In this document: one piece after another, positions 38,501 through 53,800 of the stretch
Layout of the letters: each line of letters starts with the position of its first letter
Position numbering within the stretch: position 1 is the first letter of the stretch
The notes under the pieces: generated by a model
Told to the model about the DNA's origin: nothing
Database searches by the model: none
What the model saw: only the letters and a program-made list of their open reading frames with translations
Made by a program: the position numbers and the translations under genes
NCBI GenBank assembly: GCA_964016885.1
Contig: OZ024742.1
Location: 165,850,001 to 165,914,000 of the forward strand
Reading direction: 5' to 3'
Length of the DNA: 64,000 nucleotides
From: Eledone cirrhosa
Lineage: Eukaryota

Positions 38501-39548
38501 GGGTAGATAATTTGTAAAAAAAAATCTGGGGGAGATAATTTTTAAAAATAAATCAGGGGGAGATAATTTGTAAAAAAAAAATCAGGGGGAGATAATTTGT
38601 TATAAAAAATCAGGGGGAGATAATTTGTAAAAAAAATTAGGCGTAGATAATTTGTAAAAAAAATCAGGGGGAGATAATTTGTTAAAAAAATCAAGGGGAG
38701 ATAATTTGCAGCCGTCCAAGGGGAGATAATTTTCAGCCGTCCAAGGAGAGGTAATTTCTAGCCGTCCAAGGGGAGATAATTTCCAGCCGTCCAAAGGGAG
38801 ATAATTTCCAGCCGTCCAAGGGGAGATAATTTTTTTAAAAAAATCAGGCGGAGATAATTTGTAAAAAAAAATCAGGGGGAGATAATTCGTAAAAAAAAAT
38901 CAGGGGGAGATAATTTGTAAAAAAAAATCAGGGGGAGATAATTTGTAAGAAAAATCATGGGGAGATAATTTCCAGCCGTCCAAGGGGAGGTAATATCTAG
39001 CCGTCCAAGGGGAGATAATTTCCAGCCGTCCAAGGGGAGATAATTTCCAGCCGTCCAAGGGGAGATAATTTCCAGCCGTCCAAGGGGAAATAAATTCCAG
39101 CCTCCAAGGAGAGATAATTTCCAGCCAGCCAAGGGGAGATAATTTGTAAAAAAATCAGGGGGAGATAATTTGTAAAAAAAATTAGGGTGAGATAATTTCC
39201 AGCCGTCCAAGGGGAGATAATTTCCAGCCCTCCAAGGGGCTATAATTTCCAGCGTCCAAGGGGAGATAATTTCCAGCCAGCGAAGGGGAGATAATTTTTT
39301 TAAAAAAATCACTGGGAGATTTGTAATAAAAATCAGGGGGAGATAATTTGTAAAAAAAATCAAGGGGAGATAATTTCCAGCCGTCCAAGGGGAGATAATT
39401 TAAAAAAAAATCAAGTGGAGATAATTTGTAAAAATAATCAGGGGAAGATAATTTGTAAAAACAAAATCAAGGGCAGATAATTTCCAGCCGTCCAAGGGTA
39501 GATAATTTCCCGCCAGCCAAGGGAAGATAATATTTAAAAAAATCAGGC

Positions 39549-41800
39549 GGAGATAATTTGTAAAAAAAATCAGGGGGAGATAATTTGTAAAAAAATCAGT
39601 GGGAGATAATTTGTAAAAAAAAAATCAGGGGGAGATAATTTGTAAAAAAAATCAGGGGGAGATAATTTGTAAAAAAAATCAGGGGTAGATAATTTGTAAA
39701 AAAAAATCAGGGGGGGATAATTTGTAAAAAAAAATCAGGGGGAGATAATTTGTAAAAAAAATCAAGGGGAGATAATTTCCAGCCGTCCAAGGGGAGGTAA
39801 TATCTATCCGTCCAAGGGGAGATAATTTCCAGCCGTCCAAGGGGAGATAATTTCCAGCCGTCCAAGGGGAGATAATATCCAGCCGTCCAAGGAGACATAT
39901 TTTCCAGCCGTCCAAGGAGACGTAATTTCTAGCCGTCCAAGGGGAGATAAATTCCAGCCTCCAAGGGGAGGTAATTTCCAGCCAGCCAAGGGGAGATAAT
40001 TTGTAAAAAAATCAGGGGGAGATAATTTCCAGCCGTCCAAGGGGAGATAATTTTCAGCCGTCCAAGGAGAGGTAATTTCTAGCCGTCCAAGGAGAGATAA
40101 TTTCCAGCCGTCCAAGGGGAGATAATTTCCAGCCGTCCAAGGGGAGGTAATATCTAGCCGTCCAAGGGGAGATAATTTCCAGCCGTCCAAGGGGAGATAA
40201 TTTCCAGCCGTCCAAGGGGAGATAATTTCTAGCCGTCCAAGGAGACATATTTTCCAGACGTCCAAGGAGAGGTAATTTCTAGCCGTCCAAGGGGAGATAA
40301 ATTCCAGACTCCAATGGGAGATAATTTCCAGCCAGCCAAGGGGAGATAATTTCCAGCCGTCCAAGGGGAGATAATTTCCCGCCAGCCAAGGGAAGATAAT
40401 TTTAAAAAAAATCAGGCGGAGATTGTAAAAAAAATCAGTGGGAGATAATTTGTAAAAAAAAATCAGGGGGAGATAATTTGTAAAAAAAAATCAGGGGGTG
40501 ATAATTTGTAAAAAAAATCAAGGGGAGATAATTTCTAGTCGTCCAAGGGAAGATAATTTCCAGCCCTCCAAGGGGCTATAATTTCCAGCGTCCAAGGGGA
40601 GATAATTTCCAGCCAGCGAAGGGGAGATAATTTTTTTTTTTTAAATCAGGGGGAGATAATTTGTAAAAAAAATCAGGGGGAGATAATTTGTAAAAAAATC
40701 AGTGGGAGATAATTTGTAAAAAAAAAATCAGGGGGAGATAATTTGTAAAAAAAATCAGGGGGAGATAATTTGTAAAAAAAATCAGGGGTAGATAATTTGT
40801 AAAAAAAAATCAGGGGGGGATAATTTGTAAAAAAAAATCAGGGGGAGATAATTTGTAAAAAAAATCAAGGGGAGATAATTTCCAGCCGTCCAAGGGGAGG
40901 TAATATCTATCCGTCCAAGGGGAGATAATTTCCAGCCGTCCAAGGGGAGATAATTTCCAGCCGTCCAAGGGGAGATAATATCCAGCCGTCCAAGGAGACA
41001 TATTTTCCAGCCGTCCAAGGAGACGTAATTTCTAGCCGTCCAAGGGGAGATAAATTCCAGCCTCCAAGGGGAGGTAATTTCCAGCCAGCCAAGGGGAGAT
41101 AATTTGTAAAAAAATCAGGGGGAGATAAGTTCCAGCCGTCCAAGGGGAGATAATTTTCAGCCGTCCAAGGAGAGGTAATTTCTAGCCGTCCAAGGAGAGA
41201 TAATTTCCAGCCGTCCAAGGGGAGATAATTTCCAGCCGTCCAAGGGGAGGTAATATCTAGCCGTCCAAGGGGAGATAATTTCCAGCCGTCCAAGGGGAGA
41301 TAATTTCCAGCCGTCCAAGGGGAGATAATTTCTAGCCGTCCAAGGAGACATATTTTCCAGCCGTCCAAGGAGAGGTAATTTCTAGCCGTCCAAGGGGAGA
41401 TAAATTCCAGACTCCAATGGGAGATAATTTCCAGCCAGCCAAGGGGAGATAATTTCCAGCCGTCCAAGGGGAGATAATTTCCCGCCAGCCAAGGGAAGAT
41501 AATTTTAAAAAAAATCAGGCGGAGATTGTAAAAAAAATCAGTGGGAGATAATTTGTAAAAAAAAATCAGGGGGAGATAATTTGTAAAAAAAAATCAGGGG
41601 GTGATAATTTGTAAAAAAAATCAAGGGGAGATAATTTCTAGTCGTCCAAGGGAAGATAATTTCCAGCCCTCCAAGGGGCTATAATTTCCAGCGTCCAAGG
41701 GGAGATAATTTCCAGCCAGCGAAGGGGAGATAATTTTTTTTTTTTAAATCAGGGGGAGATAATTTGTAAAAAAAATCAGGGGGAGATAATTTGTAAAAAA
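39549..41800 (+). repeat. 1103-bp tandem duplication within the composite satellite
   Basis: ORFs are offset by 1103: 39679/40782, 39804/40907, 40054/41157. Confidence 0.88.
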
Positions 41801-44800
41801 AATCAAGGGTAGATAATTTCCAGCCGTTCAAAGAGAGATAATTTCTAGCCGTCCAAGGGGAGATAATTTCCAGCCAAGTGGAGATAATTTCCAGCCGTCC
41901 AAGGGGAGATAATTTCCATCCTTCCAAGGGGAGATAATTTCCAGCCGTCCAATGGGAGATAATTACCCGCCAGCCAAGGAGAGATAATATTTAAAAAAAT
42001 CAGGCGGAGATAATTTGTAAAAAAAATCAAGGGGAGATAATTTGTAAAAAAATCAGGGGGAGATAATTTGTAAAAAAAAAATCAGGGGGAGATAATTTGT
42101 AAAAAAAATCAGGGGGAGATAATTTGTAAAAAAAAATCAGGGGTAGATAATTTGTAAAAACAAAATCAAGGGCAGATAATTTCTAGCCGTCCAAGGGGAG
42201 ATAATTTCCAGCCGTCCAAGTGGAGATAATTTCCAGCCGTCCAAGGGGAGATAATTTTTTTAAAAAAATCAGGCGGAGATAATTTGTAAAAAAAATCAGG
42301 GGGAGATAATTTGTAAAACCAAAATCAAGGGCAGATAATTTCTAGCCGTCCAAGGGGAGATAATTTCCAGCCGTCCAAGGGGAGATAATTTCCAGCCGTC
42401 CAAGGAGACATATTTTCCAGCCGTCCAAGGAGAGGTAATTTCTAGCCGTCCAAGGGGAGATAAATTCCAGCCTCCAAGGGGAGATAATTTCCAGCCAGCC
42501 AAGGGGAGATAATTTGTAAAAAAATCAGGGGGAGATAATTTGTAAAAAAAATCAGGGGGAGATAATTTGTAAAAAAAAATCAGGGGGAGATAATTTGTAA
42601 AAAAAAATCAGGGGGAGATAATTTGTAAAAAAAAATCAGGGGGAGATAATTTGTAAAAAAATCAAGGGGAGATAATTTCCAGCCGTCCAAGGGAAGATAA
42701 TTTTCAGCCGTCCAAGGAGAGGTAATTTCTAGCCGTCGAAGGGGAGATAATTTCCAGCCGTCCAAGGGGAGATAATTTGTAAAAAAAAAATCAGGGGGAG
42801 ATAATTTGTAAAAAAAAGTCAGGGGAAGATTTGTAAAAAAATCAGAGGGAGATAATTTGTAAAAAAAAATCAGGGGTAGATAATTTGTAAAAACAAAATC
42901 AAGGGCAGATAATTTCTAGCCGTCCAAGGGGAGATAATTTCCAGCCGTCCAAGTGGAGATAATTTCCAGCCGTCCAAGGGGAGATAATTTTTTTAAAAAA
43001 ATCAGGCGGAGATAATTTGTAAAAAAAATCAGGGGGTGATAATTTGTAAAAACAAAATCAAGGGCAGATAATTTCTAGCCGTCCAAGGGGAGATAATTTC
43101 CAGCCGTCCAAGGGGAGATAATTTCCAGCCGTCCAAGGGGAGATAATTTCCAGCCGTCCAAGGGGAGATAATTTGCAGCCGTCCAAGGGGAGATAATTTC
43201 CAGCCGTCCAAGGAGACATATTTTCCAGCCGTCCAAGGGGAGATAATTTCCAGCCGTCCAAGGAGACATATTTTCCAGCCGTCCAAGGAGAGGTAATTTC
43301 TAGCCGTCCAAGGGGAGATAAATTCCAGCCTCCAAGGGGAGATAATTTCCAGCCAGCCAAGGGGAGATAATTTGTAAAAAAATCAGGGGTAGATAATTTG
43401 TAAAAAAAATCAGGGGGAGATAATTTGTAAAAAAAAATCAGGGGGAGATAATTTGTAAAAAAAAATCAGGGGGAGATAATTTGTAAAAAAAATCAGGGGG
43501 AGATAATTTCTAAAAAAAAATCAGGGGGAGATAATTTGTAAAAAAAAATCAAGGGGAGATAATTTCCAGCCGTCCGGGGAGATAATTTTCAGCCGTCCAA
43601 GGAGAGGTAATTTCTAGCCGTCCAAGGAGAGATAATTTCCAGCCGTCCAAGGGGAGATAATTTCCAGCCGTCCAAGGGGAGATAATTTCCAGCCGTCCAA
43701 GGAGACATATCTTCCAGCCGTCCAAGGAGAGGTAATTTCTAGCCGTCCAAGGGGAGATAAATTCCAGCCTCCAAGGGGAGATAATTTCCAGCCAGCCAAG
43801 GGGAGATAATTTGTAAAAAAATCAGGGGTAGATAATTTGTAAAAAAAATCAGGGGGAGATAATTTGTAAAAAAAAATCAGGGGGAGATAATTTGTAAAAA
43901 AAAATCAGGGGGAGATAATTTGTAAAAAAAATCAAGGGGAGATAATTTCCAGCCGTGCAAGGGGAGATAATTTCCAGCCGTCCAAGGGGAGATAATTTCC
44001 ATCCTTCCAAGGGGAGATAATTTCCAGCCGTCCAAAGGGAGATAATTTCCCGCCAGCCAAGGGAAGATAATTTTTAAAAAAATCAGGCGGAGATTGTAAA
44101 AAAATCAGGGGGAGATAATTTGTAAAAAAATCAGGGGGAGATAATTCGTAAAAAAAAATCAGGGGGAGATAATTTGTAAAAAAAAAATGAGGGGGAGATA
44201 ATTTGTAAAAAAAAATCAGGGGTAGATAATTTGTAAAAAAAATCAGGGGGAGATAATTTGTAAAAAAAAATCAGGGGGAGATAATTTGTAAAAAAAATCA
44301 AGGGGAGATAATTTGCAGCCGTCCAAGGGGAGATAATTTTCAGCCGTCCAAGGAGAGGTAATTTCTAGCCGTCCAAGGGGAGATAATTTCCAGCCGTCCA
44401 AGGGGAGATAATTTCCAGCCGTCCAAGGGGAGATAATTTTTTTTTAAAAATCAGGCGGAGATAATTTGTAAAAAAAAATCAGGGGGAGATAATTTGTAAA
44501 AAAAAATCAGGGGGAGATAATTTGTAAAAAAAATCAAGGGGAGATAATTTCCAGCCCTCCAAGGGGCTATAATTTCCAGCGTCCAAGGGGAGATAATTTC
44601 CAGCCAGCGAAGGGGAGATAATTTTTTTTTTAAAATCATTGGGAGATTTGTAAAAAAAATCAGTGGGAGATAATTTGTAAAAAAAATCAAGGGGAGATAA
44701 TTTCCAGCCGTCCAAGGGGAGGTAATATCTATCCGTCCAAGGGGAGATAATTTCCAGCCCTCCAAGGGGAGATAATTTCCAGCCGTCCAAGGGGAGATAA

Positions 44801-47800
44801 TATCCAGCCGTCCAAGGAGACATATTTTCCAGCCGTCCAAGGAGAGGTAATTTCTAGCCGTCCAAGGGGAGATAAATTCCAGCCTCCAAGGGGAGGTAAT
44901 TTCCAGCCAGCCAAGGGGAGATAATTTGTAAAAAAATCAGGGGGAGATAATTTGTAAAAAAAATCAGGGGGAGATAATTTGTAAAAAAAAATCAGGGGGA
45001 CATAATTTGTAAAAAAAATCAGGGGGAGATAATTTGTAAAAAAAAATCAGGGGGAGATAATTTGTAAAAAAAATCAAGGGGAGATAATTTCCAGCCGTCC
45101 AAGGGGAGATAATTTTCAGCCGTCCAAGGGGAGATAATTTCCCGCCAGCCAAGGGAAGATAATATTTAAAAAAATCAGGCGGAGATAATTTGTAAAAAAA
45201 ATCAGGGGGAGATAATTTGTAAAAAAAAATCAGGCGGAGATAATTTGTAAAAAAAAATCAGGGGGAGATAATTTGTAAAAAAAAATCAGGGGTAGATAAT
45301 TTGTAAAAAAAAATCAGGGGGAGATAATTTGTAAAAAAAATCAAGGGTAGATAATTTCCAGCCGTCCAAGGAGAGATAATTTTTTAAAAAAATCAGGCGG
45401 AGATAATTTGTAAAAAAAAATCAGGGGGTGATAATTTGTAAAAAAAAATCAGGGGGAGATAATTTGTAAAAAAAATCAAGGGGAGATAATTTCCAGCCGT
45501 CCAAGGGGAGATAATTTCCAGCCGTCCAAGGGGAGATAATTTTTTTAAAAAAATCAGGCGGAGATAATTTGTAAAAAAAAAATCAGGGGGAGATAATTTG
45601 TAAAAAAAAATCAGGGGGAGATAATTTGTAAAAAAAAATCAGGGGGAGATAATTTGTAAAAAAAATCAAGGGGAGATAATTTCCAGTCGTCCAAGGGAAG
45701 ATAATTTCCAGCCCTCCAAGGGGAGATAAATTCCAGCCAAGGGGAGATAATTTGTAAAAAAAATCAGTGGAAGATAATTTTAAAAACAAAATCAAGGGCA
45801 GATAATTTCCAGCCGTACAAGGGGAGATAATTTCCCGCCAGCCAAGGGAAGATAATATTTAAAAAAATCAGGCGGAGATAATTTGTAAAAAAAATCAGGG
45901 GGAGATAATTTGTAAAAAAATCAGGGGGAGATAATTTGTAAAAGAAAAATCAGGGGGAGATAATTTGTAAAAAAAATCAGGGGGAGATAATTTGTAAAAA
46001 AAAATCAGGGGTAGATAATTTGTAAAAAAAAATCAGGGGGAGATAATTTGTAAAAAAAAATCAGGGGGAGATAATTTGTTAAAAAAATCAAAGGGAGATA
46101 ATTTCCCGCCATCCAAGGGAAGATAATTTCCAGCCCTCCAAGGGGCTATAATTTCCAGTGTCCAAGGGGAGATAATTTCCAGCCAGCGAACGGGAGATAA
46201 TTTTTTTAAAAAAATCAGGGGGAGATTTGTAAAAAAAATCAGAGGGAGATAATTTGTAAAAAAAATCAAAGGGAGATAATTTCCAGCCGTTCAAAAATAG
46301 AGATAATTTCTAGCCGTCCAAGGGGAGATAATTTCCAGCCAAGGGGAGATAATTTCCAGCCGTGCAAGGGGAGATAATTTCCAGCCGTCCAAGGGGAGAT
46401 AATTTCCATCCTTCCAAGGGGAGATAATTTCCAGCAGTCCAAGGGGAGATAATTTTCCGCCAGCCAAGGGAAGATAATTTTTAAAAAAATCAGGCGGAGA
46501 TTGTAAAAAAAATCAGGGGGAGATAATTTGTAAAAAAATCAGGGGGAGATAATTTGTAAAAAAAAAATCAGGGGGAGATAATTTGTAAAAAAAAATCAGG
46601 GGGAGATAATTTGTAAAAAATAATCAGGGGGAGATAATTTGAAAAAAAAATTAGGGGTAGATAATTTGTTAAAAAAATCAGGGGGAGATAATTTGTAAAA
46701 AAAAATCAGGGGGAGATAATTTGTAAAAAAAATCAAGGGGAGATAATTTGCAGCCGTCCAAGGGGAGATAATTTTCAGCCGTCCAAGGAGAGGTAATTTC
46801 TAGCCGTCCAAGGAGAGATAATTTCCAGCCGTCCAAGGGGAGATAATTTCCAGCCGTCCAAGGGGAGATAATTTTTTTAAAAAAATCAGGCGGAGATAAT
46901 TTAAAAAAAAAAATCAGGGGGAGATAATTTGTAAAAAAAAATCAGGGGGAGATAATTTGTAAAAAAAATCAAGGGGAGATAATTTCCAGCCGTCCAAGGG
47001 AAGATAATTTCCAGCCCTCCAAGGGGCTATAATTTCCAGCGTCCAAGGGGAGATAATTTCCCGGCAGCCAAGGGAAGATAATTTTTAAAAAAATCAGGCG
47101 GAGATTGTAAAAAAAATCAGGGGGAGATAATTTGTAAAAAAATCAGGGGGAGATAATTCGTAAAAAAAAAATCAGGGGGAGATAATTTGTAAAAAAAAAT
47201 CAGTGGGAGATAATTTGTAAAAAAAATCAGGGGTAGATAATTTGTAAAAAAAAATCAGGGGGAGATAATTTGTAAAAAAAATCAGGGGGAGATAATTTGT
47301 AAAAAAAAATCAGGGGGAGATAATTTGTAAAAAAAATCAAGGGGAGATAATTTGCAGCCGTCCAAGGGGAGATAATTTTCAGCCGTCCAATGAGAGGTAA
47401 TTTCTAGCCGTCCAAGGGGAGATAATTTCCAGCCGTCCAAGGGGAGATAATTTCCAGCGTCCAAGGGGAGGTAATATCTATCCGTCCAAGGGAAGATAAT
47501 TTCCAGCCGTCCAAGGGGAGATAATTTCCAGCCGTCCAAGGGGAGTTAATATCCAGCCATCCAAGGAGACATATTTTCCAGCCGTCCAAGGAGAGGTAAT
47601 TTCTAGCCGTCCAAGGGGAGATAAATTCCAGCCTCCAAGGGGAGGTAATTTCCAGCCAGCCAAGGGGAGATAATTTGTAAAAAAATCAGGGGGAGATAAT
47701 TTTCTAAAAAAAATCAGGGGGAGATAATTTGTAAAAAAAAATCAGGGGGAGATAATTTGTAAAAAAAATCAGGGGGAGATAATTTGTAAAAAAAAATCAG

Positions 47801-50800
47801 GGGGAGATAATTTGTAAAAAAAATCAAGGGGAGATAATTTCCAGCCGTCCAAGGGGAGATAATTTTCAGCCGTCCAAGGGGAGATAATTTCCCGCCAGCC
47901 AAGGGAAGATAATATTTAAAAAAATCAGGCGGAGATAATTTGTAAAAAAATCAGGGGGAGATAATTTGTAAAAAAATCAGGGGGAGATAATTTGTAAAAT
48001 AAAAATCAGGCGGAGATAGTTTGTAAAAAAAATCAGGGGGAGATAATTTGTAAAAAAAAATCAGGGGGAGATAATTTGTAAAAAAAATCAAGGGGAGATA
48101 ATTTGCAGCCGTCCAAGGGGAGATAATTTTCAGCCGTCCAAGGAGAGGTAATTTCTAGCCGTCCAAGGGGAGATAATTTCCAGCCGTCCAAGGGGAGATA
48201 ATTTCCAGCCGTCCAAGGGGAGATAATTTTTTTTTAAAAATCAGGCGGAGATAATTTGTAAAAAAAAATCAGGGGAAGATAATTTGTAAAAAAAAATCAG
48301 GGGGAGATAATTTTTAAAAAAAATCAAGGGGAGATAATTTCCAGCCCTCCAAGGGGCTATAATTTCCAGCGTCCAAGGGGAGATAATTTCCAGCCAGCGA
48401 AGGGGAGATAATTTTTTTTTTAAAATCATTGGGAGATTTGTAAAAAAAATCAGTGGGAGATAATTTGTAAAAAAAATCAAGGGGAGATAATTTCCAGCCG
48501 TCCAAGGGGAGGTAATATCTATCCGTCCAAGGGGAGATAATTTCCAGCCGTCCAAGGGGAGATAATTTCCAGCCGTCCAAGGGGAGATAATATCCAGCCG
48601 TCCAAGGAGACATATTTTCCAGCCGTCCAAGGAGAGGTAATTTCTAGCCGTCCAAGGGGAGATAAATTCCAGCCTCCAAGGGGAGGTAATTTCCAGCCAG
48701 CCAAGGGGAGATAATTTGTAAAAAAATCAGGGGGAGATAATTTGTAAAAAAAATCAGGGGGAGATAATTTGTAAAAAAAAATCAGGGGGAGATAATTTGT
48801 AAAAAAAATCAGGGGGAGATAATTTGTAAAAAAAAATCAGGGGGAGATAATTTGTAAAAAAAATCAAGGGAAGATAATTTCCAGCCGTCCAAGGGGAGAT
48901 AATTTTCAGCCGTCCAAGGGGAGATAATTTCCCGCCAGCCAAGGGAAGATAATATTTAAAAAAATCAGGCGGAGATAATTTGTAAAAAAAAAATCAGGGG
49001 GAGATAATTTGTAAAAAAAAAATCAGGCGGAGATAATTTGTAAAAAAAAATCAGGGGGAGATAATTTGTAAAAAAAAATCAGGGGTAGATAATTTGTAAA
49101 AAAAAATCAGGGGGAGATAATTTGTAAAAAAAATCAAGGGTAGATAATTTCCAGCCGTCCAAGGAGAGATAATTTTTAAAAAAAATCAGGCGGAGATAAT
49201 TTGTAAAAAAAAATCAGGGGGTGATAATTTGTAAAAAAAAATCAGGGGGAGATAATTTGTAAAAAAATCAAGGGGAGATAATTTCCAGCCGTCCAAGGGG
49301 AGATAATTTCCAGCCGTCCAAGGGGAGATAATTTTTTTAAAAAAATCAGGCGGAGATAATTTGTAAAAAAAAAATCAGGGGGAGATAATTTGTAAAAAAA
49401 AATCAGGGGGAGATAATTTGTAAAAAAAAATCAGGGGGAGATAATTTGTAAAAAAAATCAAGGGGAGATAATTTCCAGTCGTCCAAGGGAAGATAATTTC
49501 CAGCCCTCCAAGGGGAGATAATTTCCAGCCAAGGGGAGATAATTTGTAAAAAAAATCAGTGGAAGATAATTTTAAAAACAAAATCAAGGGCAGATAATTT
49601 CCAGCCGTACAAGGGGATAATTTGTAAAAAAAATTAGGCGTAGATAATTTGTAAAAAAAAATCAGGGGGAGATAATTTGTAAAAAAAAATCAGGGGGAGA
49701 TAATTTGTTAAAAAAATCAAGGGGAGATAATTTGCAGCCGTCCAAGGGGAGATAGTTTTCAGCCGTCCAAGGAGAGGTAATTTCTAGCCGTCCAAGGGGA
49801 GATAATTTCCAGCCGTCCAAGGGGAGATAATTTCCAGCCGTCCAAGGGGAGATAATTTTTTTAAAAAAATCAGGCGGAGATAATTTGTAAAAAAAAATCA
49901 GGGGGAGATAATTCGTAAAAAAAAATCAGTGGGAGATAATTTGTAAAAAAAAATCAGGGGGAGATAATTTGTAAAAAAAATCATGGGGAGATAATTTCCA
50001 GCCGTCCAAGGGGAGGTAATATCTAGCCGTCCAAGGGGAGATAATTTCCAGCCGTCCAACGGGAGATAATTTCCAGCCGTCCAAGGGGAGATAATTTCCA
50101 GCCGTCCAAGAGGAAATAAATTCCAGCCTCCAAGGAGAGATAATTTCCAGCCAGCCAAGGGGAGATAATTTGTAAAAAAATCAGGGGGAGATAATTTGTA
50201 AAAAAAATCAGGGTGAATTAATTTCCAGCCGTCCAAGGGGAGATAATTTCCAGCCCTCCAAGGGGCTATAATTTCCAGCGTCCAAGGGGAGATAATTTCC
50301 AGCCAGCGAAGGGGAGATAATTTTTTTAAAAAAATCACTGGGAGATTTGTAATAAAAATCAGGGGGAGATAATTTGTAAAAAAAATCAAGGGGAAGATAA
50401 TTTGTGAAAAAAAATCAGGGGGTGATAATTTGTAAAAAAAAATCAGGGGGAGATAATTTGTAAAAAAATCAGGGGGAGATAATTTGTAAAAACAAAATCA
50501 AGGGCAGATAATTTCCAGCTGTCCAAGAGGAGATAATTTCCAGCAGTGCAAGGGGAGATAATTTCCAGCCGTCCAAGGGGAGATAATTTCCATCCTTCCA
50601 AGGGGAGATAATTTCCGGCCGTCCAAGGGGAGATAATTTGTAAAAAAAATCAGGGGGAGATAATTTGTAAAAAAAAATCAGGGGGAGATAATTTGTAAAA
50701 AAAAATCAGGGGGAGATAATTTGTAAAAAAAATCAAGGGGAGATAATTTCCAGCCGTCCAAGGGGAGATAATTTTCAGCCGTCCAAGGAGAGGTAATTTC

Positions 50801-53800
50801 TAGCCGTCCAAGGAGAGATAATTTCCAGCCGTCCAAGGCGAGATAATTTCCAGCCGTCCAAGGGGAGATAATTTTTAAACAAAAAATCAGGCGGAGATAA
50901 TTTGTAAAAAAAATCAGGGGAAAATAATTTGTAAAAACAAAATCAAGGGCAGATAAATTCCAGCCGTCCAAGGGGAGATAATTTCCAGCAGTGCAAGGGG
51001 AGATAATTTCCAGCCGTCCAAGGGGAGATAATTTCCATCCTTCCAAGGGGAGATAATTTCCAGCCGTCCAAGGGGAGATAATTTCCCGCCAGCCAAGGAG
51101 AGATAATATTTAAAAAAATCAGGCGGAGATAATTTGTAAAAAAATCAGGGGAAGATAATTTGTAAAAAAATCAGGGGGAGATAATTTGTAAAAAAAAATC
51201 AGGGGGAGATAATTTGTAAAAAAAATCAGGGGGAGATAATTTGTAAAAAAAAATCAGGGGTAGATAATTTGTAAAAAAAAATCAGGGGGAGATAATTTTT
51301 AAAAATAAATCAGGGGGAGATAATTTGTAAAAAAAAAATCAGGGGGAGATAATTTGTTATAAAAAATCAGGGGGAGATAATTTGTAAAAAAAATTAGGCG
51401 TAGATAATTTGTAAAAAAAATCAGGGGGAGATAATTTGTTAAAAAAATCAAGGGGAGATAATTTGCAGCCGTCCAAGGGGAGATAATTTTCAGCCGTCCA
51501 AGGAGAGGTAATTTCTAGCCGTCCAAGGGGAGATAATTTCCAGCCGTCCAAAGGGAGATAATTTCCAGCCGTCCAAGGGGAGATAATTTTTTTAAAAAAA
51601 TCAGGGGGAGATAATTTGTAAAAAAAATCAGGGGTAGATAATTTGTAAAAAAAAATCAGGGGGGGATAATTTGTAAAAAAAAATCAGGGGGAGATAATTT
51701 GTAAAAAAAATCAAGGGGAGATAATTTCCAGCCGTCCAAGGGGAGGTAATATCTATCCGTCCAAGGGGAGATAATTTCCAGCCGTCCAAGGGGAGATAAT
51801 TTCCAGCCGTCCAAGGGGAGATAATATCCAGCCGTCCAAGGAGACATATTTTCCAGCCGTCCAAGGAGACGTAATTTCTAGCCGTCCAAGGGGAGATAAA
51901 TTCCAGCCTCCAAGGGGAGGTAATTTCCAGCCAGCCAAGGGGAGATAATTTGTAAAAAAATCAGGGGGAGATAATTTCCAGCCGTCCAAGGGGAGATAAT
52001 TTTCAGCCGTCCAAGGAGAGGTAATTTCTAGCCGTCCAAGGAGAGATAATTTCCAGCCGTCCAAGGGGAGATAATTTCCAGCCGTCCAAGGGGAGGTAAT
52101 ATCTAGCCGTCCAAGGGGAGATAATTTCCAGCCGTCCAAGGGGAGATAATTTCCAGCCGTCCAAGGGGAGATAATTTCTAGCCGTCCAAGGAGACATATT
52201 TTCCAGCCGTCCAAGGAGAGGTAATTTCTAGCCGTCCAAGGGGAGATAAATTCCAGACTCCAATGGGAGATAATTTCCAGCCAGCCAAGGGGAGATAATT
52301 TCCAGCCGTCCAAGGGGAGATAATTTCCCGCCAGCCAAGGGAAGATAATTTTAAAAAAAATCAGGCGGAGATTGTAAAAAAAATCAGTGGGAGATAATTT
52401 GTAAAAAAAAATCAGGGGGAGATAATTTGTAAAAAAAAATCAGGGGGTGATAATTTGTAAAAAAAATCAAGGGGAGATAATTTCTAGTCGTCCAAGGGAA
52501 GATAATTTCCAGCCCTCCAAGGGGCTATAATTTCCAGCGTCCAAGGGGAGATAATTTCCAGCCAGCGAAGGGGAGATAATTTTTTTTTTTTAAATCAGGG
52601 GGAGATAATTTGTAAAAAAAATCAGGGGGAGATAATTTGTAAAAAAAATCAAGGGTAGATAATTTCCAGCCGTTCAAAGAGAGATAATTTCTAGCCGTCC
52701 AAGGGGAGATAATTTCCAGCCAAGTGGAGATAATTTCCAGCCGTCCAAGGGGAGATAATTTTCATCCTTCCAAGGGGAGATAATTTCCAGCCGTCCAATG
52801 GGAGATAATTACCCGCCAGCCAAGGAGAGATAATATTTAAAAAAATCAGGCGGAGATAATTTGTAAAAAAAATCAAGGGGAGATAATTTGTAAAAAAATC
52901 AGGGGGAGATAATTTGTAAAAAAAAAATCAGGGGGAGATAATTTGTAAAAAAAATCAGGGGGAGATAATTTGTAAAAAAAAATCAGGGGTAGATAATTTG
53001 TAAAAACAAAATCAAGGGCAGATAATTTCTAGCCGTCCAAGGGGAGATAATTTCCAGCCGTCCAAGTGGAGATAATTTCCAGCCGTCCAAGGGGAGATAA
53101 TTTTTTTAAAAAAATCAGGCGGAGATAATTTGTAAAAAAAATCAGGGGGAGATAATTTGTAAAACCAAAATCAAGGGCAGATAATTTCTAGCCGTCCAAG
53201 GGGAGATAATTTCCAGCCGTCCAAGGGGAGATAATTTCCAGCCGTCCAAGGAGACATATTTTCCAGCCGTCCAAGGAGAGGTAATTTCTAGCCGTCCAAG
53301 GGGAGATAAATTCCAGCCTCCAAGGGGAGATAATTTCCAGCCAGCCAAGGGGAGATAATTTGTAAAAAAATCAGGGGGAGATAATTTGTAAAAAAAATCA
53401 GGGGGAGATAATTTGTAAAAAAAAATCAGGGGGAGATAATTTGTAAAAAAAAATCAGGGGGAGATAATTTGTAAAAAAAAATCAGGGGGAGATAATTTGT
53501 AAAAAAATCAAGGGGAGATAATTTCCAGCCGTCCAAGGGAAGATAATTTTCAGCCGTCCAAGGAGAGGTAATTTCTAGCCGTCGAAGGGGAGATAATTTC
53601 CAGCCGTCCAAGGGGAGATAATTTGTAAAAAAAAAATCAGGGGGAGATAATTTGTAAAAAAAAGTCAGGGGAAGATTTATAAAAAAATCAGAGGGAGATA
53701 ATTTGTAAAAAAAAATCAGGGGTAGATAATTTGTAAAAACAAAATCAAGGGCAGATAATTTCTAGCCGTCCAAGGGGAGATAATTTCCAGCCGTCCAAGT

